Shown: piece after piece, positions 25,101 to 38,271 of the stretch
Layout of the letters: each line of letters begins with the position of its first letter
Position numbering within the stretch: position 1 is the stretch's first letter
From: Balanoglossus misakiensis
Lineage: Eukaryota > Animalia > Hemichordata
Direction: 5' to 3'
Length of the DNA stretch: 64,000 bases
Assembly (NCBI GenBank): GCA_040954595.2
Contig: CM082583.2
Coordinates: 11,049,656 to 11,113,655 of the forward strand
Translations under genes and position numbers: made by a program
The notes under the pieces: model-generated
The model's database searches: none
What the model was told of the DNA's origin: nothing
What the model saw: only the letters and a program-made list of their open reading frames with translations

Positions 25101-28100
25101 TCATCCAACACTGAAATCCGGGCCCCCGTTGGAATTTTAGGCGCCTCCACGACCTCTCCCTTCCGGAGCCAAATGGACACCTTCCAACTGGACTCCGCCG
25201 TGGAGTTGCTCACGGCGACCATCCGCGACAACATCAACAGCGACATGCAGTCCCGGCTGTTTGGCGCCCAGCTGCTGCATATGACGCTGGAGTTTGTGAA
25301 CTATCTGCTGCGCAACGCGACCTCACAGGCGTTGCGACTGCAGCAGGAAGAGGAAGGAGTTGAGGACGAAGACCTGAAGGGCACCATGGAGAAACTGATC
25401 AGGTACATCAGTGAACTGAGACAGTATTTGAAGGATGTACCAGAGTGGTGTCGGCATAGAGCAACACCAAAGCAAGGTAAATGATGAGATCACTTCGGTT
25501 GTTTTCACAATAACTCTCTGGCCCTGTACTGGTAGATGTGATGTGTTAAATTATGGCTTTGCATAGTTGAAAGACTGCATTGGTGTCTGGTTACTGTGTG
25601 ACAACCCTATTTGTTTTGATCACTTAATTTACTTGCTTTTTGTGTGTCCCAGTCACAAAGCCAAAAGAATACAAATTCTATGCACCTGAAAAGAGCAACT
25701 TCACTGAGAGATGTTTAAAGAGGTGGAAACACATGACAAGACAGGTATGTTCATTTCTCATGTATTGGCTGTGAGAATTAAGTTCAACAGAAATCTACCA
25801 TACCTTTTAGTCAAGATTATGGAAGAAAGTTGTTTTTGGAAATGCACTGTAGTTTGAAACCAAAGGGGTGTTGAGAATCAGATGACTACTCTAAAAAGAA
25901 AACAACCAAGACTACCGTTGGGCAATGGTTGTGAGTTTTATTTTCATCTCTGTTTCAGGATATCATTCAGGATGCGATAGTCAACAGTTGTGTACCATTA
26001 GTTCAGGCATACCTTCACGAAGATGACAAGAGAGCAACTCACGGCCAAAAACCCAGTCGTCTTAAAGACATCATTGAAGTGGGGCTGTCTGAAGTCTATC
26101 TCTCCTTATTGCGAAGAAATTTGAGAATGGCAGCCAAAATGCTGAACAGCATGGTGAGTTTAGTGGGCTTTCTTTCTTATGAGAGACTTTCTTTTGAATT
26201 CTCTGATGGCATGTTATGATGAAAACAACTTTCATCCTTTCATTTGTTGGATCACATTTTGACTCTTTTTCCTTTGAATATTTTTTGTGCAATTTAACAA
26301 CTCTGAATTTATAATTGTTTGAACATTATATGTGCTTTGAAAGGGTTTTGAATAAGTGAACATTTGTTGACTGGTTTCAGGGTTATGACGTGACAGAGCA
26401 GCTCAGAAAGATCTGCTTGTATACATCTAACAGATCACTGCGAGACTTTCTGGTAAGTGTGGAGCATTGAATGTGGAACTTACATCAGCTATAAACTAAT
26501 GTCACTTTGTAGAGTAATAGAGGGACTGTGTGTCGACTTATGTAGAATCCACAACAGATTTATTCAAAAGTACTGAAGGTGATGTTTCTGATGAAGTTTT
26601 CTGAAATGTTCTGAAATAGATTGAAGAACTTGAGAAGTCAAAGCAGCTATCCAAAGAAGAGCTGAAAATGGTGGAGTTTGTTCGTCAGGTTGAACATCTC
26701 TACAGTTGCCAGTCGTATCAAAGAGCCAAAGAAATTGCAGAAGAGACAAGAAAAAGGTCAGTAACTTCACACTTTTCACCTGTGAGTTGTTTGTTTACTG
26801 TAAATTCTAGACATGTCATGTGCATCAGTGTTTGCTATTGTATGCCAAGAATTGTGTCAAAATCCAGATGTTTTATTCACAGTTACTGGGGGAACACTTT
26901 CCGGCTGTCTCGCATCCCTACAATGCAAGCCAAATCTGTGCTCACCTCGTTGGTCAAGACTGGCGATCTGGAACCCAGTGAGCTCATTGACAGCGAGAGT
27001 GATGGCTACTCGCATATCATCCTGGAATGGGTCCGGAACTGGGATGAGGAGACTAGGCAACGGATCTTGCTTGATCGTGCCTTCCACGGCAATGGTGAGC
27101 TTTTCCTGGATTTTGGAGGATAGGGGGGAGGAAAAATACTTCTGCCATTTTAACACAAAAATTGGACATTGTCTGGTGCCGATGGTTAGCATTAGAGGTT
27201 AGGGTGTAAAATGATAAATGAAAACTAAGTGTCAAGATCTTCCTGTATTGCAGATTCAACTTTGATCAGCACCTTTGATCTGAAGACAAGATGGCGGTAC
27301 CTGCTGTCTCACAACCTGTGGGATAAAATCCAACATTGGTTGACTGAGGACAGCACAGAAATAACAGCTGAGATGTTGGACGACATGTCACATTGCACCC
27401 CCTTTGTGAGGGATAAAATACTCGATGAAATGGCCAAGTGAGTTGCAGTTCTCTGATCTACTTGTGACTGGTTGAAACTAGTTGGATCCTGTTCCAAATA
27501 TTGTTTCGAAGAAGTCATGTTCACTTGTTACTCAGTATATCATTCAAAGCAACTTTTTCGATTTGTAACAGTGAAATACCTATTATGCCATTTTCAGATT
27601 ACTAGTTTAGCATTTCTTTGTTCTGTAAGAAGACATGAGATTACCGGTATTATTTTTTGCAGGCGAGGTCTGTTTTCATCAGAAGAGTTGGCAAGTTTCG
27701 AAAAACTGCTTCGCAGGTTGAGCAGAAGCAGTTGTCTGCTAGTAACACCTCACATCATGAGTAACACTTCCATGATGAAAGTAGAAGACTTCCACAAGCT
27801 GTTTATAGAATACTGTCTCCAACATAACCTGCCCAACATACTCTACTGCTATCTAGATTTCTACAGGTGAGAATGAAATATGAAATCACACAATACCCTC
27901 CCCCAACAAATATGTCATGTTTGATATGTTGTGGATTCATTCATTAATATGTATTCTTTCCTTAAGAATTGCGATTGCATCTCAAGAAATCCAGCAACTG
28001 CTGTCACTTCACAAGGATGACACCCCGTGGTTTGAAATGCTGCTGTTCTTCAGAGAGATCGGAATGAAAAACAACAGTAAGTGAAAACGAAGGGTACTCT

Positions 28101-31100
28101 CTACAAATTCAGTCAGATGAGATTTGGTTGGTTTCTGTGTACAAATTAATCCTTTGAGTTTTGGTACAAGCCTGGTGTTTTCAATGTTGGTGTTGGACCC
28201 ATTCACCGGAAAATTAAAAGGACATCTTTTCAGATTACTCGTCTTCAATTGACTGTGTTTGGTTTCAGATCCCAGTGTGATGTTCCAAGCCAGTCTGGCC
28301 AATAGCAGAATCATCCCGCAAACCACTCCAGTAACAGTGACGGGTTTACTTGAAGCTGGTAGGCCTCTTGCTGCCATGGCAACGCTGGTCTACGCACCTG
28401 GCACTCTAAGTGAGGTAAACAAGCATACTTATTAACCCTTTGGACCTGGCTGGGAAGAAGCTTCTATGCACCTTCTTTCTTTCTTTTTTCTCAACTGGTA
28501 TACCAATAACGGTCAACAATTTCAAGTTTCTAAAACAGAATTGTATGTTGTCAGAAAAAGCCCAAGAACAACCGGAGCATACACATTCAGTTGGAAACTT
28601 GGAACAGAATCATCTTGCATTTTGTTTGTGCCATGGCTTTATCAAGTAGTATGATCACTGGTAGTAAAAAGTGACAGTAGAGTTCCTTGTTTTCTTCCAG
28701 GTAATTCAGCCGCCACAGAACGAAGACCAGACACTGTGGAAAGTCAGTCCAGAGTTGTTGAAAAAGTCACTGCAATCCTATCCCAAGTTGCAGTCTGCTT
28801 TGTTTCCAGTACAGACAGCAGACGGTGTGGCACCACAAGACATCACAATGTACCAATTACTGAAGGTGAGTGAGTCTAGAGAATACTTCCAAAATTTGAC
28901 CGAATCTTTCCTCATTTTGATATCATGTTGTCCACTTTTTCTAAAATGAATGTTTGTATTTTTTTCAGGGCAACTCACCGTTTGATCCATCCAGACTTTT
29001 CAGATGGCAGTCCACAAACAACATGTCACCACAAAATAATGGTAAGCTTTGTGTGTATGTTGGCATGATTTGTGTGTGTGTGTGTGGAGGGGACGGGTGA
29101 GGGAGGAGGCATGTGATGTATACAAATGATTGTGAAATCATATGAGTATGATGATGTGAGAGAGGAGGAGGGGAAGCCTAAGGAAGGGGGAGAAATAGAG
29201 AAAGGCGTTATGCCTATTAAAAATCTGTTGTCAATAATCATAATTTGACTGTCGTTCGCTCAAAGGTGAAGATGCTGAAATGCCTCATTTTTCAAGGCCT
29301 GACCTGGTCAGTAAGTTTGGACACAAAGAGGTGCTACGATACACCTACTACCTCAGGCGGGGAAGGCCATCATTTGCTTTCATCACATTCGTCAAGAGTC
29401 TTGGCGACAGTGATGCCACACAGATAAAGAGAAGGTAACCGTGGATACTCTGTCATCATCTGCATCCAATGTAATACATTATCGGGTTCAGTAACACAGC
29501 CTGCATGCATGCTTGTACAATGTATACATATATTTGCAGTTGTTTCCAATTTTGCCGAAACCAAATCACAGAAATGGTTGTGAGTTGCATATGATATATT
29601 AAATGTAACTTCTTGAAAGCTGGTATGCTGTGAAGACAATGATTTTCAACTGTCTTTTTTTTACAGGATCAAGCAGGCTTACTGTAAAGCCTACATGCTT
29701 GCCATGACTAACTTCACCACAACCTCCATCTGTGCTGCGTGTACGGCATTCGTGGAGATGTTAGGGCATGACAGTCTGCCAATCAGAGTCGATCTGCAGA
29801 GTGGCAATTTGATATATTTGCACCGGAAGAAGACAGTGGTGGAAGCAATTGGGGACAAGAAAGCCAGACAGCAGAAAGTGAAGGATGTTGAAGATGATAT
29901 AGGTAGGGTTGTGTTGTGTCTGTCTGTATGTCTGTCTGTCATTTATGTCTGTCTGTTGTGGATTTCTTGTGCCTGTGAATAGAATATCATGTAAATTATG
30001 CTCAATGTAAAAATTATCTTCTTACACAAAGAACCTTTTCTGTCATTTCATAGTTTCTGATTTTGTGAAATTAACTCGACACAAGAAAACAGTTGCAGAG
30101 AAACTCTTACCAGAGTTAGAAGCCGCAATAGTTGGCAGCATCAAGAATGTTGAAGAAGAAAGGTAAATTACAAGATAGAAAACCAGGGACCATTTTTCTG
30201 TCAGTAGACAGTATTACTGGTTGAATGTGATAAACAGTGCTACCTTATCATCCCCCGTAGATAGTGGATTCTCCCTGTGTAACTGTAATTCATCAGGAAT
30301 CATGGTAATCCCTGGTCTTAATTTCATGTATTTTTCTGTTTCAGTACAAGCCTTGAAGCATTCCACCAATGGTCTTTGGCTGTCCTGTTCTGTCATTTAC
30401 ATAAATTACCATATTCCTCCATCTACCTCGAAGAATGTGCCAAAACTCACCAGTGGCTAAGGTTCTTGTGTTTTGCTCAGAATTATCAGTATCCGCAGTG
30501 TCAGGTAAGTAAACAGTCTTGCCAAATTACTTCAGAAACTTTAGTTTAACCATTTAACGTATTCTCCCATGTGACCCATTACAAAATTTTGTCAATTGCA
30601 GATTTTAGAGTTGATTCACAATTACCGCGATGCCAACATCCGTGAACACCTCCTGCACGCGGTCGAACACTTACAGTACACCAACTACGAGGGCGATCAG
30701 CAACTCCGAGAGACGGAGCAAGCCAGGAGAACCAAAGACCTTCGAGCTCAATACCTGAAACGAGTTGGAATTGGCAAAGGAGAAAATGGTGAGGAGAAGA
30801 AGCAGTCTCAATCTCAGAAAATCATTTTTTTGTCTTATATCTGAAAATTTCAATAGCTTTTAATGAAAGCGGAAGGGGTTGGTCTATTGTACAGAAGTTT
30901 TGAAAGTTAATATTCATTATCATCTCAAATTTTTTTTCATGGGAGATTCAGTTTTTGTTTATCTTTTTTTTTACAGTTGGCAGCAGCACAGACAGTGACA
31001 AGGATGGCGAAGGTCAAGTCAAGGCTGACGATTCCACGGTTACGTCATCAGACACCGGAACAGAATCGCCCCCACCAGGTAATCACCAAGTCTGTCAGCA

Positions 31101-34100
31101 CAGTGTGGGAAGCAGCAAGTTTACAGTTAACATTTTTTGCATGATTTTTGGTGAATGCAACACAGAGAAAGTGAAATCAGTCTTACATCTGTGTCTTTCA
31201 GATCTCAAAGCTGCCAATATTCCGAAAGATCTCTTCGGCATCTTATTTGAATGTGAGGGCAAGTCTCCGCCATGGAGGGCACTGTTGGCATGCTGTGTGG
31301 CTCTGAGAAGACCAATACTTGCAGTCCTTGCAGCCTGCTATAAGGTAAATGTTTGTCAATAATCACCAAGGCAACCTTTAGTACAACCAGGTGGTTAAAA
31401 CAAAATACCAACACAGAAAGAACAATAATGTAAATTTGTTTTCTTTGACAGGAAGCACCCATATTGGACTGTCTGTGTGTCTGGCTAGTGACCATAATGG
31501 ATGAGGAAGACATGGAAACAGCAACCAAAGATCTGGGAACAGTTCAGTGGCACAGATGGAGTCTCCATGACCTGTCGGTCATTCTTGATGTGGCCATTGA
31601 CAAGCGATACTTCTCACTGCTTGTGAAAGCCTTCAGTGTTTTTGACCCGGTGAGGAAAGTGCAAATCTTGTCAAATATTGTAATAGTATGACTTGGCAAA
31701 TTTTTAAAATATTTTTAATGAGTTGACCCTGTAGGTATCCGCAGTATTTTTGTGCTAAATTTACAATAGCCAGGAACATCTGATCTTACGCAAATTCAAA
31801 ATTTGAATTAATTACTCATTAGTGTTTGGATCTTTTTCAGACCTGTGCGTTGATGAGCTTCTTCAAGTTTGTAGAAGCATATTTGGTGTTCCATGATGGC
31901 GATCTGTGCTGCAAACATTTGAGGGATTTCCAAGATGCTCTACTGAAGGTTTGTATTCAGTGAAAAAAAGAATCTTAACCAGAGAATCTTTCAGCTTCCT
32001 TCATCCTTCAAGATGAACCCATTTATATCCACATCTAATATCATCTAATATGGACCTTTTATGTCAGCAGTTCAGTAATGTTGTGAATCTGTTGTTTGGT
32101 CCACAGTGTAGGAGAAACACAAAGGACACACAGCTTGCCTGTATTGGATATCAAAGTTGGTACGAAGAAACGGCCAAGAAACTGACAAAGATTCTTCTGC
32201 AGAAGTGTACAACGCGATATGATGTGAATCAACTTCTGTCTTCATTGACAGAGAGAAATGTGACAAGACTCTACACAGACACTGGTAAGATGCCAAGTTG
32301 TAGATTTCAAGGGTACAGTGAAAATAAGCTAAATGGGGTGGACTTTCTACCAAGGAGTAACATTTCTTTTTGTCGTCCGTTACAGATTATGTCAAAGTGT
32401 ACACAGTTTTCAAACTGCTTGAAGATGAAGACATTGACCTGAAAATGGAATGCTTTCTGGAGCCGTCAGATGACGAAAACAAAGAGTACTATCAGCACAT
32501 TATCACTACACTGCAGGAGCAGTCAAAGTTTGATGTGGCTAGGGAGTTTGCTGACATCATGGACCTCCCGACTCACGAAGTAACTTACAACAAGGTATGT
32601 GTATTAACGCCTCAATAGCTGCCATTTTTGTGTTATTTTTATGGATTTATTTTCAAACTTAGAATGGTCCATTTAAATTCCCTCCTCTTATAGTTGCTGA
32701 GTGAATTGTCCATCGTCCAGCAATCTACGGTGTGGCACAGACGAGGGGGTCGGGAGACATTCTGGCTCAAATGTCATCAAACCTTCCACCAGCATCAAAC
32801 ATCACCTAGGGTTGCTTCCAACTTCTTCAAGGTAAGCCAGTCCATTCTGACTGCAGTACAGTTTTGTGGACCATAGTTTAGTCCCCTATGGATGAAGTCC
32901 CAGGGGACAAAGAGACTGTGTTCCATCAATCCATCTGTCTGCAAATGTAATATGATGTACATTTAATAATTGTTATTATTGCATACTTGTTCAGACCCAA
33001 GCAACCAGACAGAGTTCACTAGTACAGCAGGTGTTTGTCCAGGAACGAGAACAGCTTCTAGGCTTGGCACATCATTGGCTAGCAAAGGAACAGCCTTCAG
33101 TCCCAAGGGAGGAAGTAGAGGAGCTGGAACGGCAGATATGGAGGTGCAGAATACAGATTGAAGTTGAAAGGTCAGAGGTGAGGGGTTAACTAAGTAATTT
33201 CATATAAGTGTAGCATTATTTTGTATCTTTAAAACTGTCAAGTACAATTTTGAATGACTCAGAAAAGTCAATTCCCTCCTTCGTTATCTGTTAGAGGTCA
33301 GATGAGGAAGCAGAGGCCATGAAAATTGATGAGATGTTCCAGCTACCTGAAGATAAGAAAATATTACCGGACTTTGGTCACCTTGACAGTGAAGAACTGC
33401 TGATCAAAGAAAAATTCAGCATCAACAGAGATACCAAATCAGTGCTAACAAATGCAAAGGTAAAACGTTTGTGTCTTTTGTGGTCATGTCCGTCAGTTAA
33501 GCTATCCACTCATGATTAGGTGTGAGACAGAACTGACTTTGTTACAGCAGAGATCATGAAATCCTGACAATCTTTCTCTTGTTCAGGAAATCAAAGCACT
33601 CGACAAACTGATCCAGAACGAACTGGAAAAGTACCGCATCAGCCAAGCACTAAAATTGGCCAAGCAGTTCAGATATTGCAGCGAGGATTTGGCCATCGTC
33701 ATGACATGTCTGCAGCTGGCGCAGGGGACACTGACTGTGGAGCAGATGGACGAACTCATGAAGGAGTACCCGAGAAAGGACCATGACAGGCGGAAGTCAC
33801 TGACGTGGCACACTGGAGGTTTGACCAGACAGACAAGCTGTAAGTCCAATGACTGTACAGTAATAATATCCGGTGTGATTTATCATGGGACTCTTAGTGT
33901 TGGCAGGTCATGGATTTTTGTTCAATGTCAAAAGCATACTGGATAGTTAGTCCTTGAAGCCTAAGGGTCTTCTAGAACTATGGTATAGATCTCTCATATT
34001 TTTTCTCTTCTCCAGTTGCCAGCCTGAGCAGCTTCCAGTGTGACAACTTCACTCCTGACGTGGAGGACATTGTGAACACCATGGAAACCATAGCAGAGCA

Positions 34101-36843
34101 TTGCATCCTGGGAAAGACGTGCTGTTACAAGATCCTCAACTGTTACACCATTGGTCAGGTATGCCCATGACTTTCACATGCACATGCTGCCATTTGGCTG
34201 GGCAGTATCAGCCAGTCATTCTGATTATTTAGCACAGGTACAGAGCACAACAATAGATATTGCTTTCAATATAAACTGATTTTCATATTCTCATCCTTTC
34301 CATTACCCATAGGTTCTGAATAAGAGTTATGAGACCATTGTGAAGCAGGACTGCTTTGATGTGTTAAGAGAAGTGTTGACATCTGAGCATGCTCACAGGT
34401 TTCCAATCGCCAAGACCTACATACAAAGTAGTGGCATCAAAGATGAAGAGGTCAGTCTCAGAAGATTCATTTCTGTTTTTTTCAGTGTTTCAATTTTGCA
34501 CTTTGTGTGCCATTGGATTGTTTCTGAACCAATTTTGTATAAGTAACAGCCCAATGGATGTGAATATACTGTCTGTTAGCTTTTGTTGGTAACTTAATTT
34601 TTTGTTTGTAATATTCTTCTACCTTCATTGCAGCTGGCTGGTTTTCTCTCTGATGCAATAACGCATTCCTTGTCAGTTTTCACCCGCTGTGAGAATGACG
34701 GTAGGCCACCATAGATATTATTAACTTTGTGCACCTTGACCCCTGTTGACCTATGTGTTCTGATGTGATTACAGAGAAGGCAGCTTGATAGAAATAATCT
34801 GCTAGTGATCTGTAAAATTTATGCGGTTGTATAATTTCTCTTCAGATGCACCAGACTCGAGTGAGGATTTGATTTTCAGTCCAGTTGAAAACAAGGAGAA
34901 TTTTGTGAACTTGATAAAACTGTGCGACAACCCAGCCGTGCTTGGAAACCGACTTCTGGACACGGCTGCGTCACTAGCAAGCTCCAACACCGAAGGATCA
35001 GACCCAGTTTTTGCGATGGAGGTAGAGCTGTTGGTACGCGGTCATCAGTGTCACAGCCTGTGCTACAACATGGAGGGCATCGCTTCGGCCTTGCGCACCT
35101 GCAGAAGTCGCAGTTTTGTCCTAGCTGCAGAAGAAGAGTATTCATTGCTGGTAAGATGTATTTTAGTGGATGGGTTTGACACTTTCACCACTATGGTTCG
35201 GTCCAAATCCAATTCTCACTGGATAATGGGAAACTTCACATTGTTTATTGACCAATAACCTCTTTTCTCAGGTGCGACTTCTAACGGGTGTGGGGAGATA
35301 CAGTGAGATGACCTACATTTTCGACATCTTGACAAGAGTTCAACAGTTTGAACTTCTGTTCAGAAAGGGCATCAAGGTGAGTGCAAGTGGGAGCCATACC
35401 AACATTGCATTATGGGTGCATTCCAAGATGGCTGCCTGCAGTATCCAAGCATATCACAAGACAAGCACTTTTTTGTATTTCATGAAATAATAAAATACAG
35501 CAAAGGTGCAGATGAGTTTTTACTTGTGATTTAATTAAATGGGAAAGAAGTTGAACTCGTTATTTCTTTTCTAGGATGATAAACTCAAAGTGGCTATGCT
35601 GGACTATTTGAAAAGATACTGTCCAGATGACAAGGAGATTTTCACAATGGTGGCGTTGAAATTTAGCATGCACAGAGAAATAGCCGAATTACATGAAATG
35701 GAGGCAAAGAAATGCCTACAGCATATACAGAGTACATATAAAAATGTGGGTAAGTGCAACAGAATGCTAAATATATATGGATCGTTTTATATTATCCATT
35801 CTGTAACTGTGATAGTATTGGAGGGAAATGATGAATATAGACACATCTTGAAGTAATGTAAATTCTTCTCTGTGAGTTGTAAAGTGCATAGTTTAATGTT
35901 TTATTCATGTTGCAGATTCCAATCCAGAGCTGCAGACTTTGCTGCAGAATGTCCTCCAGTTTTACGCGGATGCTGCTGAAAGTTACGTCAAGGTAGGTAG
36001 AACTTCGAACTCTGTTGCCATGGTATTACTGTCACCTCTGCAGGTCCCACTCTGCTGCGTATTTCAGTAAGCCAAGGTAGTATTTAATAAAACAAACCAC
36101 TGATTGTTTTCTGACTAGGTTGGGTGTTTGAGACACGCAGAGAAATGCGCCAAGAAAGCCAGACTGCTGGCTTTACAGATACACTTATTATCGACAAGAA
36201 CCAGGGTGATTAATCTCAGCCAGAGAGATGTCAATATCTTCATCGCCAAACATCCAAGATTTCCAGAAGTAAGTAAAAAAGACTCAAAAAATGTTTTTGG
36301 GACGACAGACTGAATGTTGAATGCTGCAATGCTCATGTATGCCTAATGGACTTAAACTCAATACTGATATTGGACCTTTTTTGTGGCACAGGCATACATA
36401 GTGAGTGATGCGTACAACAAACACCCTGATTGGTCTTCAGCTGTCTACAATAATGTAGTGGTGGATGGCGATTTCCGATACTTAGAAGACTTCAAGGCTC
36501 ACTTGCCTCTACCCTCCTCTCTGTTGTCGGAGGTGGCCACCAGGTGAGTTCTGAAATCCTGTATAGAAACTGCTTTTAAAATGTCACCAGTGACAAGACC
36601 TGAATCTCAGGGAACATGACAAGACAGGACAGGACAGTATATTACAGTGTCATACTCCGACTTGACAGGTACAAGCACGAGAGCAGCAAGTCCTCGGCCA
36701 CCACAGCAAACATGAAGAAACTGCTGTCCTACTTCTCAGACATCGAACTCCAGTACAGACTGGCCACGCAGTTTGGGTTCAACGAAATAGCCATGGGTCT
36801 GCTGCAGGGGGAAGGAGGACCCTACCTGAGGGACATTGTGTGA
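22133..36843 (+). CDS. SPG11: Spatacsin (AP-5-associated), multi-exon
   Basis: Many in-frame GT-AG exons. Diagnostic peptides WDRCSIPIHALEIGLRHRQLDTVAFFLKS, YYLRRGRPSFAF, VELLVRGHQCH, VRLLTGVGRYSEMTYIFD and MVALKFSMHREIA; stop TGA at 36841-36843. Confidence 0.93.
23186..23371 (+). other. U12-type (minor spliceosome) GT-AG intron in SPG11
   Basis: Donor GTATCCTTT at 23186; branch site TTCCTTGAC at 23352-23360, about 10 nt before the terminal AG; no polypyrimidine tract; the phase-1 join keeps the frame. Confidence 0.88.
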
Positions 36844-36944
36844 GTCGCAAACAAATTTGAACTTCAGACCATTTGTGGAAGAATAAACCTGAGAAGATCA
36901 CAGTGGTCACACGAGGCTATGAGAATACACATCTTCAACCTTAT

Positions 36945-37038
36945 TCAATCCTTTCACGCCCAGTTCCCTCAATGGAGGTCCGATGCTAAATGCAGAAAAT
37001 GATGGATTTGGACCAAACCATGGTTGTGAAAGGGTTAA
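36945..37038. mobile_element. TTAA-MITE copy 2, in the SPG11 3' region, opposite orientation to copy 1
   Basis: TCAATCCTTTCA..CCCAGTTCCC..GAGGTCC..GACCAAACCATGG..TGAAAGGGTTAA aligns by eye with the reverse complement of 11808-11908. Confidence 0.7.
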
Positions 37039-37538
37039 ACAACACATGTATGAGGCTGCCGTAATGTACACCCTGACTTAGTAGACACAGTGATTGCTGT
37101 GTGTTTAGTATGTGGTGAGTATGCAGTCCCCAAATGCACTTGATCTGTGAAGATCAAAATGGATCCAATTGAAGCTGACAGATTCCTCTACCAGCAAGAA
37201 CGTTCGTCGTACTCCAAGAATGGTCATTACTGCCATCATTTACAAGACTGAATTATGAACACCATTGGGGATGCTGCTGAATGGAGACTATGCATTCTCT
37301 TGACCAAAGAGGGGCTTAGAGTTTGAATGCAGTTTGGACTGAAGATTGTGTGTATGATATTTGCCGATTTTTTAATAGTGGTGTTGAGTGGTCAGTAGTC
37401 TTATCAATAAGTTGTTTCTGCAAGATGTTTCAGAAAAATCCTTCAAAGAACAGAAATGAATGAGTGTACAAAACCTCACATCCATGGGCAAAAAATAATT
37501 AGGCAAAACTCATGAACATATTGTAAGTAATGCAATAT

Positions 37539-37551
37539 TTTATTGAATAAA
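37539..37551. terminator. Back-to-back poly(A) signals between SPG11 and EIF3J
   Basis: TTTATT-G-AATAAA gives AATAAA on both strands between the convergent genes. Confidence 0.45.
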
Positions 37552-38271
37552 TTGACAACCATGCAAGTCCATGGGTGCACTTTTCTACAGTAACTTTTAA
37601 CTTGCATAATGCACGGCAGGTAATGATCAGCATGTTATCCTTGCCTGGAGTGCTCTGTTTTCAAGTTGTGGCTAAGGACAGTAGCACTCTCGCGCTTCAA
37701 TACCCGGTGAATGATACAAAATTCTCTAGGCACCGTCTTTTGTCTATGATGCCAGCTTTAGTCGGCTCTAGTGAGTCTACCTATACTAAACTGCTACAGA
37801 AATGTTACATCTGCAATGTGCATGATGTGTGGTCAACTGTGTAATGTATCACAGCGCACCACTATGGAAGAAAGACTTGCATGCAACCAGTAGAGGAAAT
37901 TCATTTACATAACCCTTTTACCCACAATCCAGCATTCAAAATGGCCCTGGGGAAGAAAAGCCAGCCTTGTCGATGCGACAGGCAGTGGCCTTTGAGTTTC
38001 AGTTCATGTCATTGTCAGGATTTATTAATTAATCCACTTCAGCACTTTTTCAGTCGTTCCTTGATATCAATCAGGTCTCTGTTATCAAATAGAATTATAA
38101 ACTACTCTATTTCTTAACAGTCCATTGGGGAGGAGAAAGCTGTTCCTTATGATTTCAACATTTCATTCATAACCCTGAAAAATGAATTATTGCCTTCTAG
38201 TGTAGGTTCAAAGGTCATGTAAATGCTCGATATACAATTGGGCAAGTGGATTTCAGTGCGCGAGGCCTGTG

